64,000 nucleotides of DNA, from the NCBI GenBank assembly GCA_963663165.1, contig OY760175.1, forward strand, positions 512,001 through 576,000, in the 5' to 3' direction. A program made the translations under genes and the position numbers. The stretch is from an uncultured Desulfospira sp. GTDB lineage: Bacteria; Desulfobacterota; Desulfobacteria; Desulfobacterales; Desulfobacteraceae. The stretch's first letter is position 1; the number at the start of each line of letters is the position of its first letter. The notes beneath the pieces were generated by a model, which ran no database searches, was not told the origin of the DNA, and saw only the letters and a program-made list of their open reading frames with translations. Shown piece after piece: positions 30,470 through 40,883 of this stretch.

Positions 30470-30494
30470 CTTCCTAAAACAGAGTAGAATAATC

Positions 30495-31580
30495 ATGAAA
30501 AAAGCATTAATTACAGGCATAACGGGTCAGGACGGCGCATACCTTGCCGAATTCCTCCTGGCCAAAGGATACGAGGTCCACGGCATCAAACGGCGGGCCT
30601 CCCTTTTTAACACGGACCGGATTGATCACCTTTATCAGGACCCCCATGAGACAACACGGAAAATGGTGCTTCATTACGGAGATCTCACCGATGCCAGCAA
30701 CCTGATCCGGGTCCTTAAAGAAGTGCAGCCGGACGAAGTTTACAACCTGGCCGCCCAGAGCCATGTCCAGGTTTCTTTTGAATCCCCTGAATACACGGCA
30801 GACGCCGATGCATTGGGAGCCATGAGAATCTTAGAAGGAATCCGTCTTTTAGGGCTGGAAAAGAAAACCCGGTTTTACCAGGCCTCTACCTCGGAACTCT
30901 TTGGCAAGGTCCAGGAGGTTCCCCAGACCGAAAAAACCCCGTTTTATCCAAGGTCCCCTTACGCCTGCGCCAAACTGTATGCCTACTGGATTACGGTCAA
31001 TTACAGGGAGGCCTATAACATCTACGCCTGCAACGGCATATTGTTCAACCATGAATCCCCCATCCGCGGGGAAACGTTTGTTACCCGGAAAATCACACGG
31101 GCATTGAGCCGGATTCATCTGGGCATGCAGGACTGCCTTTATCTGGGAAACATGAATGCCCTCAGGGACTGGGGCCATGCCAAAGATTATGTGGAAATGC
31201 AATGGCTCATGCTCCAGCAGGATGAACCCGACGACTATGTCATTGCCACAGGGGAGCAGCACTCTGTCCGGGAATTTGTGGAAGTCTGCGCAGCAGAACT
31301 GGGCATGGCCATCGAGTGGCAGGGACAGGGCATTGATGAAAAGGGCATCAACCCGGCCAACGGAAAAACCATTGTGGCGGTGGATCCCCGGTATTTCAGG
31401 CCCACGGAAGTGGAAACCCTGTTAGGAGATCCATCCAAGGCCAAACAGAACCTGGGCTGGGAACCCAAGATCAGTTTTAAGGAACTGGTCCGGGAAATGA
31501 CCCGGTCTGATCTTGAAGAGGCCAAGCGGGATGAGCTCTGCCAGAGAGCCGGATTCCAGGTATTTACCCAAAATGAGTAG
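30495..31580 (+). CDS. gmd: GDP-mannose 4,6-dehydratase
   Basis: [38 protein letters not shown]. Confidence 0.97.
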   Translation: MKKALITGITGQDGAYLAEFLLAKGYEVHGIKRRASLFNTDRIDHLYQDPHETTRKMVLHYGDLTDASNLIRVLKEVQPDEVYNLAAQSHVQVSFESPEYTADADALGAMRILEGIRLLGLEKKTRFYQASTSELFGKVQEVPQTEKTPFYPRSPYACAKLYAYWITVNYREAYNIYACNGILFNHESPIRGETFVTRKITRALSRIHLGMQDCLYLGNMNALRDWGHAKDYVEMQWLMLQQDEPDDYVIATGEQHSVREFVEVCAAELGMAIEWQGQGIDEKGINPANGKTIVAVDPRYFRPTEVETLLGDPSKAKQNLGWEPKISFKELVREMTRSDLEEAKRDELCQRAGFQVFTQNE

Positions 31581-31595
31581 GGCAGGGAACTTCAC

Positions 31596-32597
31596 ATGAA
31601 TCCATCCGATAAAATTTTTATTGCCGGTGCCGCCGGCATGGTGGGCAGCGCCATTGCCCGGAACCTGGTCAAGCAGGGATATACCAATCTTTTGGGCAGT
31701 TATCATTCAAGGGCTTTAGATGAACTTGAATCTTTGCCCATCCGGCTGGTTCAGATGGACCTTAAACACCAGGAAACGGTCCGGCAGTTTTTCAGCAATG
31801 AAAAACCAGCCTTTGTTTTCCTGGCGGCCGCAAGGGTCGGGGGAATCCATGCCAACAACACCTACCCGGCCCAGTTTATTTACGATAACCTGGCCATGCA
31901 GAACAACATCATTCATTCGGCCTATGAAACCCAGGTATCCCGCCTGCTTTTCTTAGGGTCTTCATGCATCTATCCCAAAGAAGCCCCCCAGCCCATGAAA
32001 GAAGAGCATCTGCTCACAGGCCTTTTGGAACCCACCAACGAACCCTACGCCCTGGCCAAAATCGCCGGCATCAAAATGTGCGAGTCCTACAACCGGCAGT
32101 ACAACACCCGGTTTTTAGCGGTCATGCCCACCAACCTTTACGGCACCAACGATAACTTTGATCTTGAAAATTCCCATGTCCTGCCGGCATTAATCCGGAA
32201 GTTTCATGAGGCCAAAGTGTCCGGGAAAAAGGAAGTCGTGATATGGGGCACCGGTTCTCCCTGCCGGGAATTCCTCCATGTGGATGACATGGCCCGGGCC
32301 TGTGTCCATGTGATGAACCTTTCCAACGAAGTCGTGGATCAGCAGTTAACCCAATATCCATCGCCCTGTTTTGTCAACGTGGGCACCGGAACTGATCTGA
32401 GCATCAAAGAACTGGCCATGATGGTCAAAGCTGCGGTTGGATTTGAAGGCGACCTTGTATTTGATACCACCAAACCCGACGGCACCTTTAAAAAACTGCT
32501 CAATGTTGACCGTCTCTCCGAACTGGGCTGGACGGCTTCCATTTCCCTGGAACAGGGCATTGCCGATACCTATGAGTGGTACCGAACAAGAAACTAG
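31596..32597 (+). CDS. fcl: GDP-L-fucose synthase
   Basis: GMVGSAI, AARVGGIHAN, LGSSCIYPK, YALAKIAG, SHVLPALIRK. Confidence 0.96.
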   Translation: MNPSDKIFIAGAAGMVGSAIARNLVKQGYTNLLGSYHSRALDELESLPIRLVQMDLKHQETVRQFFSNEKPAFVFLAAARVGGIHANNTYPAQFIYDNLAMQNNIIHSAYETQVSRLLFLGSSCIYPKEAPQPMKEEHLLTGLLEPTNEPYALAKIAGIKMCESYNRQYNTRFLAVMPTNLYGTNDNFDLENSHVLPALIRKFHEAKVSGKKEVVIWGTGSPCREFLHVDDMARACVHVMNLSNEVVDQQLTQYPSPCFVNVGTGTDLSIKELAMMVKAAVGFEGDLVFDTTKPDGTFKKLLNVDRLSELGWTASISLEQGIADTYEWYRTRN

Positions 32598-32627
32598 AGA
32601 CTGGAAACAAGAGACAGGAAAGACCTG

Positions 32628-32733
32628 GTAGGGTGGGCAAAAGCATAGCGTTGCCCACCATTGACGTATAACCCGCTGTTTCTAAATTATAACCCGGTTG
32701 AAACGGTGGGCACAAAAAGCGTGCCCACCCTAC
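32628..32733. repeat. Inverted pair of GTAG-type REP elements (REPIN-like)
   Basis: GTAGGGTGGGCAA...TTGCCCACC and GGTGGGCAC...GTGCCCACCCTAC, flanked by the 22-bp direct repeat CTGGAAACAAGAGACAGGAAAG (32601 and 32737). Confidence 0.75.
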
Positions 32734-32795
32734 CGGCTGGAAACAAGAGACAGGAAAGGACATCCAACAAGTCTTGAAACCAATTTCAATTTCGG

Positions 32796-32819
32796 GTAGG
32801 AGCGGGCCATGCCCGCGAT
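32796..32819 (+). repeat. GTAG-type REP of a second class
   Basis: GTAGGAGCGGGC-CAT-GCCCGCGAT. Confidence 0.65.
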
Positions 32820-32915
32820 CCGAGGGCTCAAACGGTCTCATGACGCCCGTCTTCAGGTCTGAATTTGATCAGCGGCTGACCGGTTAAAAAAATGAAAAAA
32901 TTAATGTCAGACCCC

Positions 32916-33794
32916 ATGCGAAAAGGCATCATCCTGGCTGGCGGATCCGGTACCCGGTTATATCCGCTCACCCTTTCAGTGAGCAAGCAGCTCATGCCGG
33001 TGTACGACAAGCCCATGATCTATTATCCCCTGTCGACTCTGATGCTGGCCGGCATTCATGATATTCTGATCATCACCACCCCTCAGGATGCGGATCAGTT
33101 CAAAAACGTCCTCAAAGACGGGTCCCAATGGGGAATCAACCTTTCCTATGAGATCCAGCCGTCTCCCGACGGCTTGGCCCAGGCCTTTATCATCGGGGAA
33201 AAATTCATCGGCGGCAATCCGGTCACCTTAATCCTGGGGGACAATATTTTCTATGGAGAAGGCCTTTCCAGGCGGCTTCAGGTCATCGCCAAACGACAGA
33301 CCGGAGCAACCGTTTTCGGTTATTATGTAAAAGACCCGGAACGATACGGGGTGGTTGAATTTGACGACAATGACCAGGTCATCAGTATTGAGGAAAAACC
33401 CAAAACCCCCAAATCCAACTATGCCGTCACCGGGCTGTATTTTTATGACCATACCGTGGTGGATATTGCCAGACAACTGACCCCTTCCCCCAGAGGTGAG
33501 CTTGAAATTACCGACCTCAATAAAGCTTACCTTGAAAAAAATGAACTGACCGTTGAAAGGTTCAGCCGGGGAACCGCCTGGCTGGACACCGGCACCCATG
33601 AATCTCTTCTGGATGCCGGCATGTTTATCAAGGTGGTGGGAGACCGGCAGGGCCTTAAAATCGCCTGCCTTGAAGAAATCGCTTTTCGAATGGGCCTGAT
33701 TGACATTGAAAAACTGGAACAGGCCGCATTGTCCATGAAGAAAAACGGATATGGAAAATACCTCATGGACATCATCAGACAGGAAACCAATTAG
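32916..33794 (+). CDS. rfbA: Glucose-1-phosphate thymidylyltransferase
   Basis: [36 protein letters not shown]. Confidence 0.97.
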   Translation: MRKGIILAGGSGTRLYPLTLSVSKQLMPVYDKPMIYYPLSTLMLAGIHDILIITTPQDADQFKNVLKDGSQWGINLSYEIQPSPDGLAQAFIIGEKFIGGNPVTLILGDNIFYGEGLSRRLQVIAKRQTGATVFGYYVKDPERYGVVEFDDNDQVISIEEKPKTPKSNYAVTGLYFYDHTVVDIARQLTPSPRGELEITDLNKAYLEKNELTVERFSRGTAWLDTGTHESLLDAGMFIKVVGDRQGLKIACLEEIAFRMGLIDIEKLEQAALSMKKNGYGKYLMDIIRQETN

Positions 33795-33797
33795 GCA

Positions 33798-34346
33798 ATG
33801 AAACTGACCAGACTATCCATTCCCGATGTGGTCCTTATGGAACCGGACGTTTTCGGCGACCGCCGGGGATATTTTATGGAAACCTTCCGGGATAATTTTT
33901 TCAAAGAGAACATAGCCGATGCCTCTTTTGTCCAGGACAATCACAGCCGCTCTTCCCAGGGGATTTTAAGGGGACTGCATTACCAGATCCAAAAGGCCCA
34001 GGGAAAACTGGTCCGGGTGACCTTAGGAGAGGTTTTTGATGTAGCGGTGGACTTAAGAAGAACCTCCCCCACCTTCGGCCAATGGGTCGGGGAGACGCTC
34101 TCCATGGAAAACAAAAGACTGATGTGGATACCCCCTGGGTTTGCCCACGGATTTTACGTCCTGAGCAGCGAGGCCGAGTTTATATATAAATGTACCGAAT
34201 ACTATGCCCCTGAACATGAGCGGTCCATACGGTGGGATGATCCCGACATCAATATTCAATGGCACCTGATCTCCGGTAAACAACCGCTCTTATCTCAAAA
34301 GGATGAGGACGCAGTACCTTTTAAAGATGCACAGGTGTACGAATGA
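33798..34346 (+). CDS. rfbC: dTDP-4-dehydrorhamnose 3,5-epimerase
   Basis: DRRGYFME, QDNHS, LRGLHYQ, PGFAHGF. Confidence 0.96.
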   Translation: MKLTRLSIPDVVLMEPDVFGDRRGYFMETFRDNFFKENIADASFVQDNHSRSSQGILRGLHYQIQKAQGKLVRVTLGEVFDVAVDLRRTSPTFGQWVGETLSMENKRLMWIPPGFAHGFYVLSSEAEFIYKCTEYYAPEHERSIRWDDPDINIQWHLISGKQPLLSQKDEDAVPFKDAQVYE

Positions 34347-35206
34347 AGATCCTTATTCTCGGATCAGGAGGGCAGCTGGGCTGGGAGCTTTTGCAAACCT
34401 GTCCAAAGGATGTGCATATTGAGGCTTGTGATTTTCCCAAAATAGATTTTTTTAAATCATCCAGTATCCAGGAATGTATATTCCCTTCCGATGCAGACTG
34501 GATCATTAACGCCGCCGCTTTTACTGCAGTAGACCTGGCGGAAACCGAACCGGAAAAAGCCCACCGGATCAATCATGAGGCCGTTGATGAAATCTCTCAG
34601 ATAGCGGCCCAAAAACAGATTCGCCTGGTTCACATCTCAACAGACTACGTTTTCAGCGGCAGACACTACAAACCCTTACAGCCCGATGACCCATTTGATC
34701 CCCAGTCCGTTTACGGCCTGTCCAAATTAAAAGGCGAAGAGGCGGTCCGCCATAATCTAAAGGACAAGGCACTGATTATCCGAACCGCATGGCTGTATTC
34801 CGCCCACGGAAAAAATTTTGTGAAAACCATGCTCAACCTCATGTCAGCCGGAAAAGACCTCAAGGTTATTGACGAACAGATCGGCACCCCGACCTGGGCC
34901 AAAGGCCTTGCTCAGGCCATCTGGGTATCCATTGAAAAATCCCTTTCAGGCACCTTTCACTGGACCGATGCCGGCGCGGCATCCTGGTATGATTTTGCTG
35001 TGGCCATCCAGGAAGAAGGGCTCCATCTCGGGATACTGAACAAACCGGTATCCATTACCCCGGTCCCGTCAGAGCAGTTTCCAACCCCGGCGGAACGGCC
35101 CTATTACAGCATACTGGATAAACAGTCCATGTGGCAGGCCACCCAAATCACCCCGGTCCACTGGCGGGTGAAGCTTCGATCCATGCTCAGGGAGTTGAAA
35201 TCATGA
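34343..35206 (+). CDS. rfbD: dTDP-4-dehydrorhamnose reductase
   Basis: GSGGQLG, NAAAFTAVD, HISTDYVF, YGLSKLKGE. Confidence 0.95.
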   Translation: MKILILGSGGQLGWELLQTCPKDVHIEACDFPKIDFFKSSSIQECIFPSDADWIINAAAFTAVDLAETEPEKAHRINHEAVDEISQIAAQKQIRLVHISTDYVFSGRHYKPLQPDDPFDPQSVYGLSKLKGEEAVRHNLKDKALIIRTAWLYSAHGKNFVKTMLNLMSAGKDLKVIDEQIGTPTWAKGLAQAIWVSIEKSLSGTFHWTDAGAASWYDFAVAIQEEGLHLGILNKPVSITPVPSEQFPTPAERPYYSILDKQSMWQATQITPVHWRVKLRSMLRELKS

Positions 35207-36264
35207 CCACCTTACTGGTTACCGGCGGCGCAGGATTCATTGGCACCAACTTTGTGTATTACTGGCTGAACCAATACCCGGAAGACCGGGTCATTGTCCT
35301 GGATGCCCTGACCTATGCCGGCAATCCGGACAACCTGTCCGATGCGCTCAAACATGACCAGTTTCAATTTGTCCACGGTGATATCCTGGACCAGGGGCTT
35401 GTGGAAGACCTGCTGAATAAAAACAAGGTGGACATCCTGGTTCATTTTGCCGCCGAATCCCATGTGGACAGATCCATTGAAGGGCCGGATGCCTTTATTC
35501 AAACCAACATTGTCGGTACCCACAGCCTGCTCAAGGCCGCCAAGAAAGTCTGGCTGGACAACGGCCCGGTAAACCACCGGTTCCACCATATTTCCACCGA
35601 CGAAGTCTACGGCACCTTGGGCCCCAAAGACCCGGCATTTTCAGAAGACACCCCCTATGCCCCCAATTCCCCCTATGCGGCCAGCAAAGCCTCTTCGGAC
35701 CACCTGGTGCGGGCCTACCATGAGACCTATGGCCTTGAGGTCACCACCTCAAACTGTTCCAATAATTACGGACCCTTTCAGTTTCCCGAAAAACTGATCC
35801 CCCTTATGATCACCAACATTCTCAATAACAAGCCCATCCCGGTGTATGGGGACGGCATGCAGATCAGGGACTGGCTGTTTGTGGATGACCATAATCTCGG
35901 GGTGGACCTGATTTTAAAACGGGGGCAAATCGGGGAAACCTACAACATCGGCGGAAACAACGAGCAGGTCAACCTGGATATTGTAAAATTGGTCTGCACG
36001 GTAATGGATGAACTGTTTGGGTCACAGGAAACCCTTGCCCGGCAGTTTCCAAAGGCCCCGCCCGCAATGGGACAGCCCTCATCAACCCTGATCACCCATG
36101 TAACGGACCGGGCCGGCCATGACCGCCGGTATGCCATTAATGCGGATAAAATCACCGCCGAGCTCGGATACAAACCCAGATATTCCTTTGAAAACGGAAT
36201 AAAAAAGACCATCGAATGGTACCTTAACCAGGAAACCTGGTGGACTCCCTTAATAAACGATTAA
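35203..36264 (+). CDS. rfbB: dTDP-glucose 4,6-dehydratase
   Basis: VTGGAGFIG, HFAAESHVDRSI, HISTDEVYG, YAASKA, GHDRRY. Confidence 0.96.
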   Translation: MTTLLVTGGAGFIGTNFVYYWLNQYPEDRVIVLDALTYAGNPDNLSDALKHDQFQFVHGDILDQGLVEDLLNKNKVDILVHFAAESHVDRSIEGPDAFIQTNIVGTHSLLKAAKKVWLDNGPVNHRFHHISTDEVYGTLGPKDPAFSEDTPYAPNSPYAASKASSDHLVRAYHETYGLEVTTSNCSNNYGPFQFPEKLIPLMITNILNNKPIPVYGDGMQIRDWLFVDDHNLGVDLILKRGQIGETYNIGGNNEQVNLDIVKLVCTVMDELFGSQETLARQFPKAPPAMGQPSSTLITHVTDRAGHDRRYAINADKITAELGYKPRYSFENGIKKTIEWYLNQETWWTPLIND

Positions 36265-36284
36265 CTGCAGAAAGGATTAGACAA

Positions 36285-37574
36285 TTGGATAAAAACACCA
36301 AAATTGCCGTTGTCGGCTTAGGGTATGTCGGTCTTCCCCTTGCGGTACACTTTGGAACCAAATTCAACACCATCGGCTTTGACTTAAAACAGTCCATTAC
36401 AGACAACAGCAAAGCCCATAAAGATCCCACCGGAGAAGTCTCCAAAGCGGAATTTGAACAGGCGGTACATTTCACCCCGACCACAGACCCCAGCCTCATG
36501 TCCGATGCCGACATCATTGTCGTGGCCGTCCCAACCCCCATCGACAAAGCCCGGCGCCCGGACCTTTATCCTGTGGAAAGCGCCTCCCGGACCGTTGGGA
36601 AAGTAATGAAAAAAGGGTGCATCGTGGTGTTTGAATCCACGGTGTATCCCGGCGTGACCGAAGACATCTGTGTGCCGCTGCTGGAAAAAGAATCCGGCAT
36701 GACATGGAAAACAGATTTTCATGTGGGCTATTCACCGGAAAGAATCAATCCCGGGGACAAAGAACATACCCTGACCAAGATTACCAAAGTGGTCTCCGGC
36801 GATGACGAAGCCACCCTTGAAACCGTGGCCGCCCTGTATGAATCCATTGTAACGGCCGGGGTACACCGGACCCGGACCATCAAAGAGGCGGAAGCGGCAA
36901 AGGTCATCGAAAACACCCAGCGGGATCTAAACATTGCATTGATGAACGAACTGTCCCTGATATTCGACCTGCTCGGCATTGACACCAAAAACGTCCTGGA
37001 AGCCGCCGGCTCCAAATGGAATTTTTTAAAATTTTCCCCGGGTCTGGTCGGCGGGCACTGCATCGGGGTTGATCCTTATTATCTGACCTTTAAAGCCCAA
37101 AGCGAAGGATACCATCCTGAAGTTATCCTGGCCGGCCGGAGAATCAACGACGGAATGGGAAAATTTGTGGCGGAAAAAGCCGTCAAAATGATGATCTCAT
37201 CTTCTCAACCGGTCAAAGGCACCCGGGTCGGTGTCCTGGGCCTGACCTTCAAAGAGGACTGCCCGGACTTAAGAAACACCCGGGTCATTGACATTATTCA
37301 TGAACTGGATTCATACGGGTGCGATGTGCTGGTGCATGACCCCATGGCCGATCCTGAAGAGGCAAGGCAGTATTACAATGTTGACCTCAAACCCTGGGAA
37401 GAATTGAAAGACCTCGGCGCTTTGATTGTCGCGGTTCCCCATGCCTGGTACAAAGATCAGCCCTTAAGCGCATTTACTGAGAAACTGGCCCCTAAAGGCT
37501 GCCTTGTGGATGTTAAATGCATGCTGGATGTGAATGAAGTGGAAAAAACAGGCCATCCCTTCTGGCGCCTGTAA
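36285..37574 (+). CDS. UDP-N-acetylhexosamine 6-dehydrogenase (TviB/WbpO-like)
   Basis: GLGYVGLP, ESTVYPG, SPERINPGD, GGHCIGVDPYY. Confidence 0.9.
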   Translation: MDKNTKIAVVGLGYVGLPLAVHFGTKFNTIGFDLKQSITDNSKAHKDPTGEVSKAEFEQAVHFTPTTDPSLMSDADIIVVAVPTPIDKARRPDLYPVESASRTVGKVMKKGCIVVFESTVYPGVTEDICVPLLEKESGMTWKTDFHVGYSPERINPGDKEHTLTKITKVVSGDDEATLETVAALYESIVTAGVHRTRTIKEAEAAKVIENTQRDLNIALMNELSLIFDLLGIDTKNVLEAAGSKWNFLKFSPGLVGGHCIGVDPYYLTFKAQSEGYHPEVILAGRRINDGMGKFVAEKAVKMMISSSQPVKGTRVGVLGLTFKEDCPDLRNTRVIDIIHELDSYGCDVLVHDPMADPEEARQYYNVDLKPWEELKDLGALIVAVPHAWYKDQPLSAFTEKLAPKGCLVDVKCMLDVNEVEKTGHPFWRL

Positions 37575-37583
37575 GGAAGTCTT

Positions 37584-38669
37584 ATGAAAAAAATCATGCT
37601 CATTGCCGGGGCCCGGCCCAATTTTATGAAAATCGCCCCCATTGCCCGGGCCCTTGACCTTCACGCAGATCAGTTCTCCTATAAAATCGTCCATACCGGC
37701 CAGCATTATGACCAGAATATGAGCGATATATTCTTTGAGGAACTCGGCATCCGCAAGCCTGATTACCACCTGGGCGCCGGAGGGGGAACCCACTCTCAGC
37801 AGACCGCCAAAATTATGGTCGGCTTTGAAGACATCTGTGAAACAGATCCCCCCGATCTGATCATGGTGGTGGGCGATGTGAATTCCACCCTGGCCTGCTC
37901 CATTGTGGCCAAAAAGATGCACATCAAAGTCGCCCATGTAGAGGCGGGGTTAAGAAGCTTTGACCTGGATATGCCCGAAGAGATCAACCGCATGGTCACC
38001 GACGCCATCTCCGATATCTTTTTTGTGACCGAAGAGCAGGGCATGGTCAATCTTAAAAATGAGGGAAAACCCGGCGCCAGTATCCATTTTGTCGGCCATG
38101 TCATGATCGACAACCTGTACTACCAGCTCTCACAACTGGAACAGATGGACCCGGCCACCCTGAAATTCAACGACTACAAAGCCGGCCGCAGCCAATACGG
38201 CGTGGTCACCCTCCACCGCCCCTCAAACGTGGATGACAAACTAACCCTGGAACGGATTTTCAAAACCCTTGGCCGGATTTCCCAAACGCTTCCCCTGATT
38301 TTCCCCATTCACCCCAGAACCCGGAAAAACATGGAAGCCTTCGGCATTCAGCCGCCCGAAACCATCACCTTGACCCAGCCGCTGTCCTACATGGAATTCT
38401 TAAATTTGTGGAAGGACGCCAAACTTGCCCTGACCGACTCAGGCGGCCTCCAGGAAGAGACAACGGCATTAGGCATTCCCTGCCTGACCATCCGGGAAAA
38501 CACCGAAAGGCCCATCACCGTCACCCAGGGAACCAACGAGCTGGTGGGCAATTCAGAAGAGAAAATCCTCAACGCCTATGACCAGATCATGGCCGGAATC
38601 TGGAAAACAGGCCAAAAACCCAAATTCTGGGACGGCCACGCCGCTGAAAGAATTGTTGATATTATCTAA
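37584..38669 (+). CDS. wecB: UDP-N-acetylglucosamine 2-epimerase (non-hydrolysing)
   Basis: GARPNFMK, HTGQHYD, HVEAGLRS, TDSGGLQEE. Confidence 0.93.
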   Translation: MKKIMLIAGARPNFMKIAPIARALDLHADQFSYKIVHTGQHYDQNMSDIFFEELGIRKPDYHLGAGGGTHSQQTAKIMVGFEDICETDPPDLIMVVGDVNSTLACSIVAKKMHIKVAHVEAGLRSFDLDMPEEINRMVTDAISDIFFVTEEQGMVNLKNEGKPGASIHFVGHVMIDNLYYQLSQLEQMDPATLKFNDYKAGRSQYGVVTLHRPSNVDDKLTLERIFKTLGRISQTLPLIFPIHPRTRKNMEAFGIQPPETITLTQPLSYMEFLNLWKDAKLALTDSGGLQEETTALGIPCLTIRENTERPITVTQGTNELVGNSEEKILNAYDQIMAGIWKTGQKPKFWDGHAAERIVDII

Positions 38670-38686
38670 GGCTACAAACAATTGAC

Positions 38687-38838
38687 GTAACTGTTCAGCA
38701 GTGCCCCATCTTCGCTCATTCAGGCCTTCTCACATAGCAAAAGTATGCTACGAAGTCCTGACTAAACAAATATGAAGCACTGATAAACAGTTACGGACCC
38801 TGGTTTTGCTTAGTTTTCAGCATTAGCTGAATAGTTAC
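38687..38838 (+). mobile_element. 152-bp MITE, copy 1
   Basis: Terminal IRs GTAACTGTTCAGC / GCTGAATAGTTAC; 8-bp target duplication CAATTGAC. Confidence 0.85.
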
Positions 38839-38841
38839 CAA

Positions 38842-38870
38842 TTGACAATCTTTTTTTCTTGGCCTATGCT
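38842..38870 (+). promoter_or_regulatory. Sigma70-type promoter of vapBC
   Basis: TTGACA-17-TATGCT; palindrome TATGC-N4-GCATA overlaps the -10. Confidence 0.7.
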
Positions 38871-38897
38871 TTGGCATATGATTGAATTAAACAGAAG

Positions 38898-39146
38898 GTG
38901 CTTACTATGCCAATAGAGCGACATGTGCGGTTGTTTCGGAACGGGCGTAACCAGGCGATAAGAATCCCTCGGGAGTTTGAGCTGGAAGGAAATGAAGCCA
39001 TAATCCGCAAGGAAAAAAACAGGCTTATTGTGGAACCGGTGAAAAAGGCCGGTTTGTTGCATGTTCTTTCAAAATTAAAACCGATTCGTGATGAATTCCC
39101 CAATGTTGATGATAACCTGAAACCATTAGATGATATTGATCTATGA
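38898..39146 (+). CDS. vapB: VapB (AbrB-fold) antitoxin
   Basis: RHVRLFRNGRNQAIRIPREFEL. Confidence 0.9.
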   Translation: MLTMPIERHVRLFRNGRNQAIRIPREFELEGNEAIIRKEKNRLIVEPVKKAGLLHVLSKLKPIRDEFPNVDDNLKPLDDIDL

Positions 39147-39553
39147 CTGAAAATCTGTCTTACCTTCTGGACACCAATATCATTTCCGAATTGATTAGAA
39201 ATCCACAGGGCAAATTAACAGATATCATTGCCCTCAAAGGTGAAGACCGAATCTGTACAAGTATTATCGTCGCCTCTGAACTGCGGTTTGGGGCTGAAAA
39301 GAAAGGCTCAGCCCCTCTCACCAGGCAGTTGGAAACGGTGCTTTCGGCAATAAAAATAATGTCTTTGAGAGAACCGGCTGATCGGGCCTATGCAAAATTG
39401 CGAACCCATCTGGAAAAAACAGGCAAACCGATTGGTCCCAATGACATGTTGATTGCAGCCCATGCACTTTCCCTGGGATTAACCCTGGTAACAGCCAATG
39501 AGCGGGAGTTCTTACGTGTACCGGAACTGGCTGTCGAAAACTGGTTAAAATAG
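39143..39553 (+). CDS. vapC: VapC PIN toxin
   Basis: YLLDTNIIS, SELRFGA, PIGPNDMLIAAHA, LVTANEREF. Confidence 0.93.
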   Translation: MTENLSYLLDTNIISELIRNPQGKLTDIIALKGEDRICTSIIVASELRFGAEKKGSAPLTRQLETVLSAIKIMSLREPADRAYAKLRTHLEKTGKPIGPNDMLIAAHALSLGLTLVTANEREFLRVPELAVENWLK

Positions 39554-39593
39554 GGGAGGTCGGTGATATACCGCTGCATTTGTTAGAAACAAA

Positions 39594-39746
39594 GTAACTA
39601 TTCAGCTAATGCTGAAAACTAAGCAACAACAGGGTCCGTAACTGTTTATCAGTGCTTCATATTTGTTTAGTCAGGACTTCGTAGCATACTTTTGCTATGT
39701 GAGAAGGCCTTAAATGAGCGAAGATGGGGCACTGCACAACAGTTAC
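39594..39746 (-). mobile_element. 153-bp MITE, copy 2 (inverted relative to copy 1)
   Basis: Near-identical reverse complement of 38687-38838; own 8-bp target duplication GAAACAAA. Confidence 0.85.
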
Positions 39747-39788
39747 GAAACAAATAACTGATCCAAAGCAGCAAGGGCATATAAAAAA

Positions 39789-40205
39789 ATGAACGAAAAA
39801 GATATCCGCTGGAAACAGCGGTTTCAAAATTTTAAAAAAGCCCTGGGCCGGCTGACAGAGGCGGTTAATTTGTCTCACCAAAAACAGCTGTCAAATATTG
39901 AACAGCAGGGATTTATAAAGGCCTTTGAATTTACCCACGAACTGGCCTGGAAGGTCATGAAAGATTTTTTTGTTTACCAGGGAAATACCCGGATAACAGG
40001 ATCAAGGGACGCCACAAGAGAAGCATTTCAAAATCAGCTGATTAAAGACGGTGACAACTGGATGGAAATGATCCAGGCCAGAAACAAAGCCGTCCATACT
40101 TATGATGAATCAACCGCCAGTGAAATAATCAGGAAAGTAAACCATACATACCACTCTTTGTTCCTCGAGTTTGAAAAAATGATGCAGGAACGGCATGACG
40201 GATAA
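39789..40205 (+). CDS. HEPN toxin (HI0074-type nucleotidyltransferase substrate-binding family)
   Basis: RWKQRFQNF, FEFTHELAWK, RNKAVHTY (Rx4H). Confidence 0.9.
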   Translation: MNEKDIRWKQRFQNFKKALGRLTEAVNLSHQKQLSNIEQQGFIKAFEFTHELAWKVMKDFFVYQGNTRITGSRDATREAFQNQLIKDGDNWMEMIQARNKAVHTYDESTASEIIRKVNHTYHSLFLEFEKMMQERHDG

Positions 40206-40518
40206 TTCCATCGGCCCGTCTGGATTGTCTCCTGAAACAATTCATAAAATTCATAGTGTGTTTTCCCGTTTTCCCGACATTTACCAGGTTTATCTTTACG
40301 GCTCACGGGCAAAAGGCAATTACCAGCCCGGCTCAGATATTGACCTGGCCATCCAGGGCGAAGCCGTAACACCATCACAATTATACAAAATTGAATCTGA
40401 ACTGGATGACCTGCTGCTGCCATATAAAATAGATCTTTCCTTGTTCAGGCTTATTGAAAACGAGGCGCTTGTACGCCATATCCAACGTGTCGGCAAGATT
40501 TTCTATACCCGCAAATGA
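40195..40518 (+). CDS. MNT nucleotidyltransferase antitoxin
   Basis: LYGSRAKGNYQPGSDIDLAI (GSx10DxD). Confidence 0.9.
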   Translation: MTDNSIGPSGLSPETIHKIHSVFSRFPDIYQVYLYGSRAKGNYQPGSDIDLAIQGEAVTPSQLYKIESELDDLLLPYKIDLSLFRLIENEALVRHIQRVGKIFYTRK

Positions 40519-40613
40519 CTTCGGCCCCGGGAATATCGGAACTATTTATCATTGATTGCCACCGAAATAGGCATTATTATATGTATAATTCACTATAAAA
40601 TAAGGATATTATT

Positions 40614-40883
40614 ATGCCTATAAAAAATTATGTTTCATCCACCCTGTTATCAAAACATACGGCAGCGACGCTTAATTCAATAGAATCCGGTGAAACGGAT
40701 AAAATGGTCATTTTAAAGAACAACACCCCTAAGGCGATTCTGATGTCTTTTGAGTCTTATGAAGCCATGGAAGAAGAAATTGAGGATTTGAGGCTCACAG
40801 CGCTGGCGCTGTCCAGAATGCAGACGTTTGATTCAGCTAAAACAATTTCCCATAAAGAAATGATGGAAAAATTTGCGAAATGA
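40614..40883 (+). CDS. Phd/YefM antitoxin
   Basis: VILKNNTPKAILMSFESYE; overlaps the downstream RelE gene. Confidence 0.85.
   Translation: MPIKNYVSSTLLSKHTAATLNSIESGETDKMVILKNNTPKAILMSFESYEAMEEEIEDLRLTALALSRMQTFDSAKTISHKEMMEKFAK

Noticed and set aside
38687..39746. Composite transposon carrying vapBC
   Set aside because: Each MITE has its own distinct 8-bp target duplication, so they inserted independently; no duplication flanks the whole unit.
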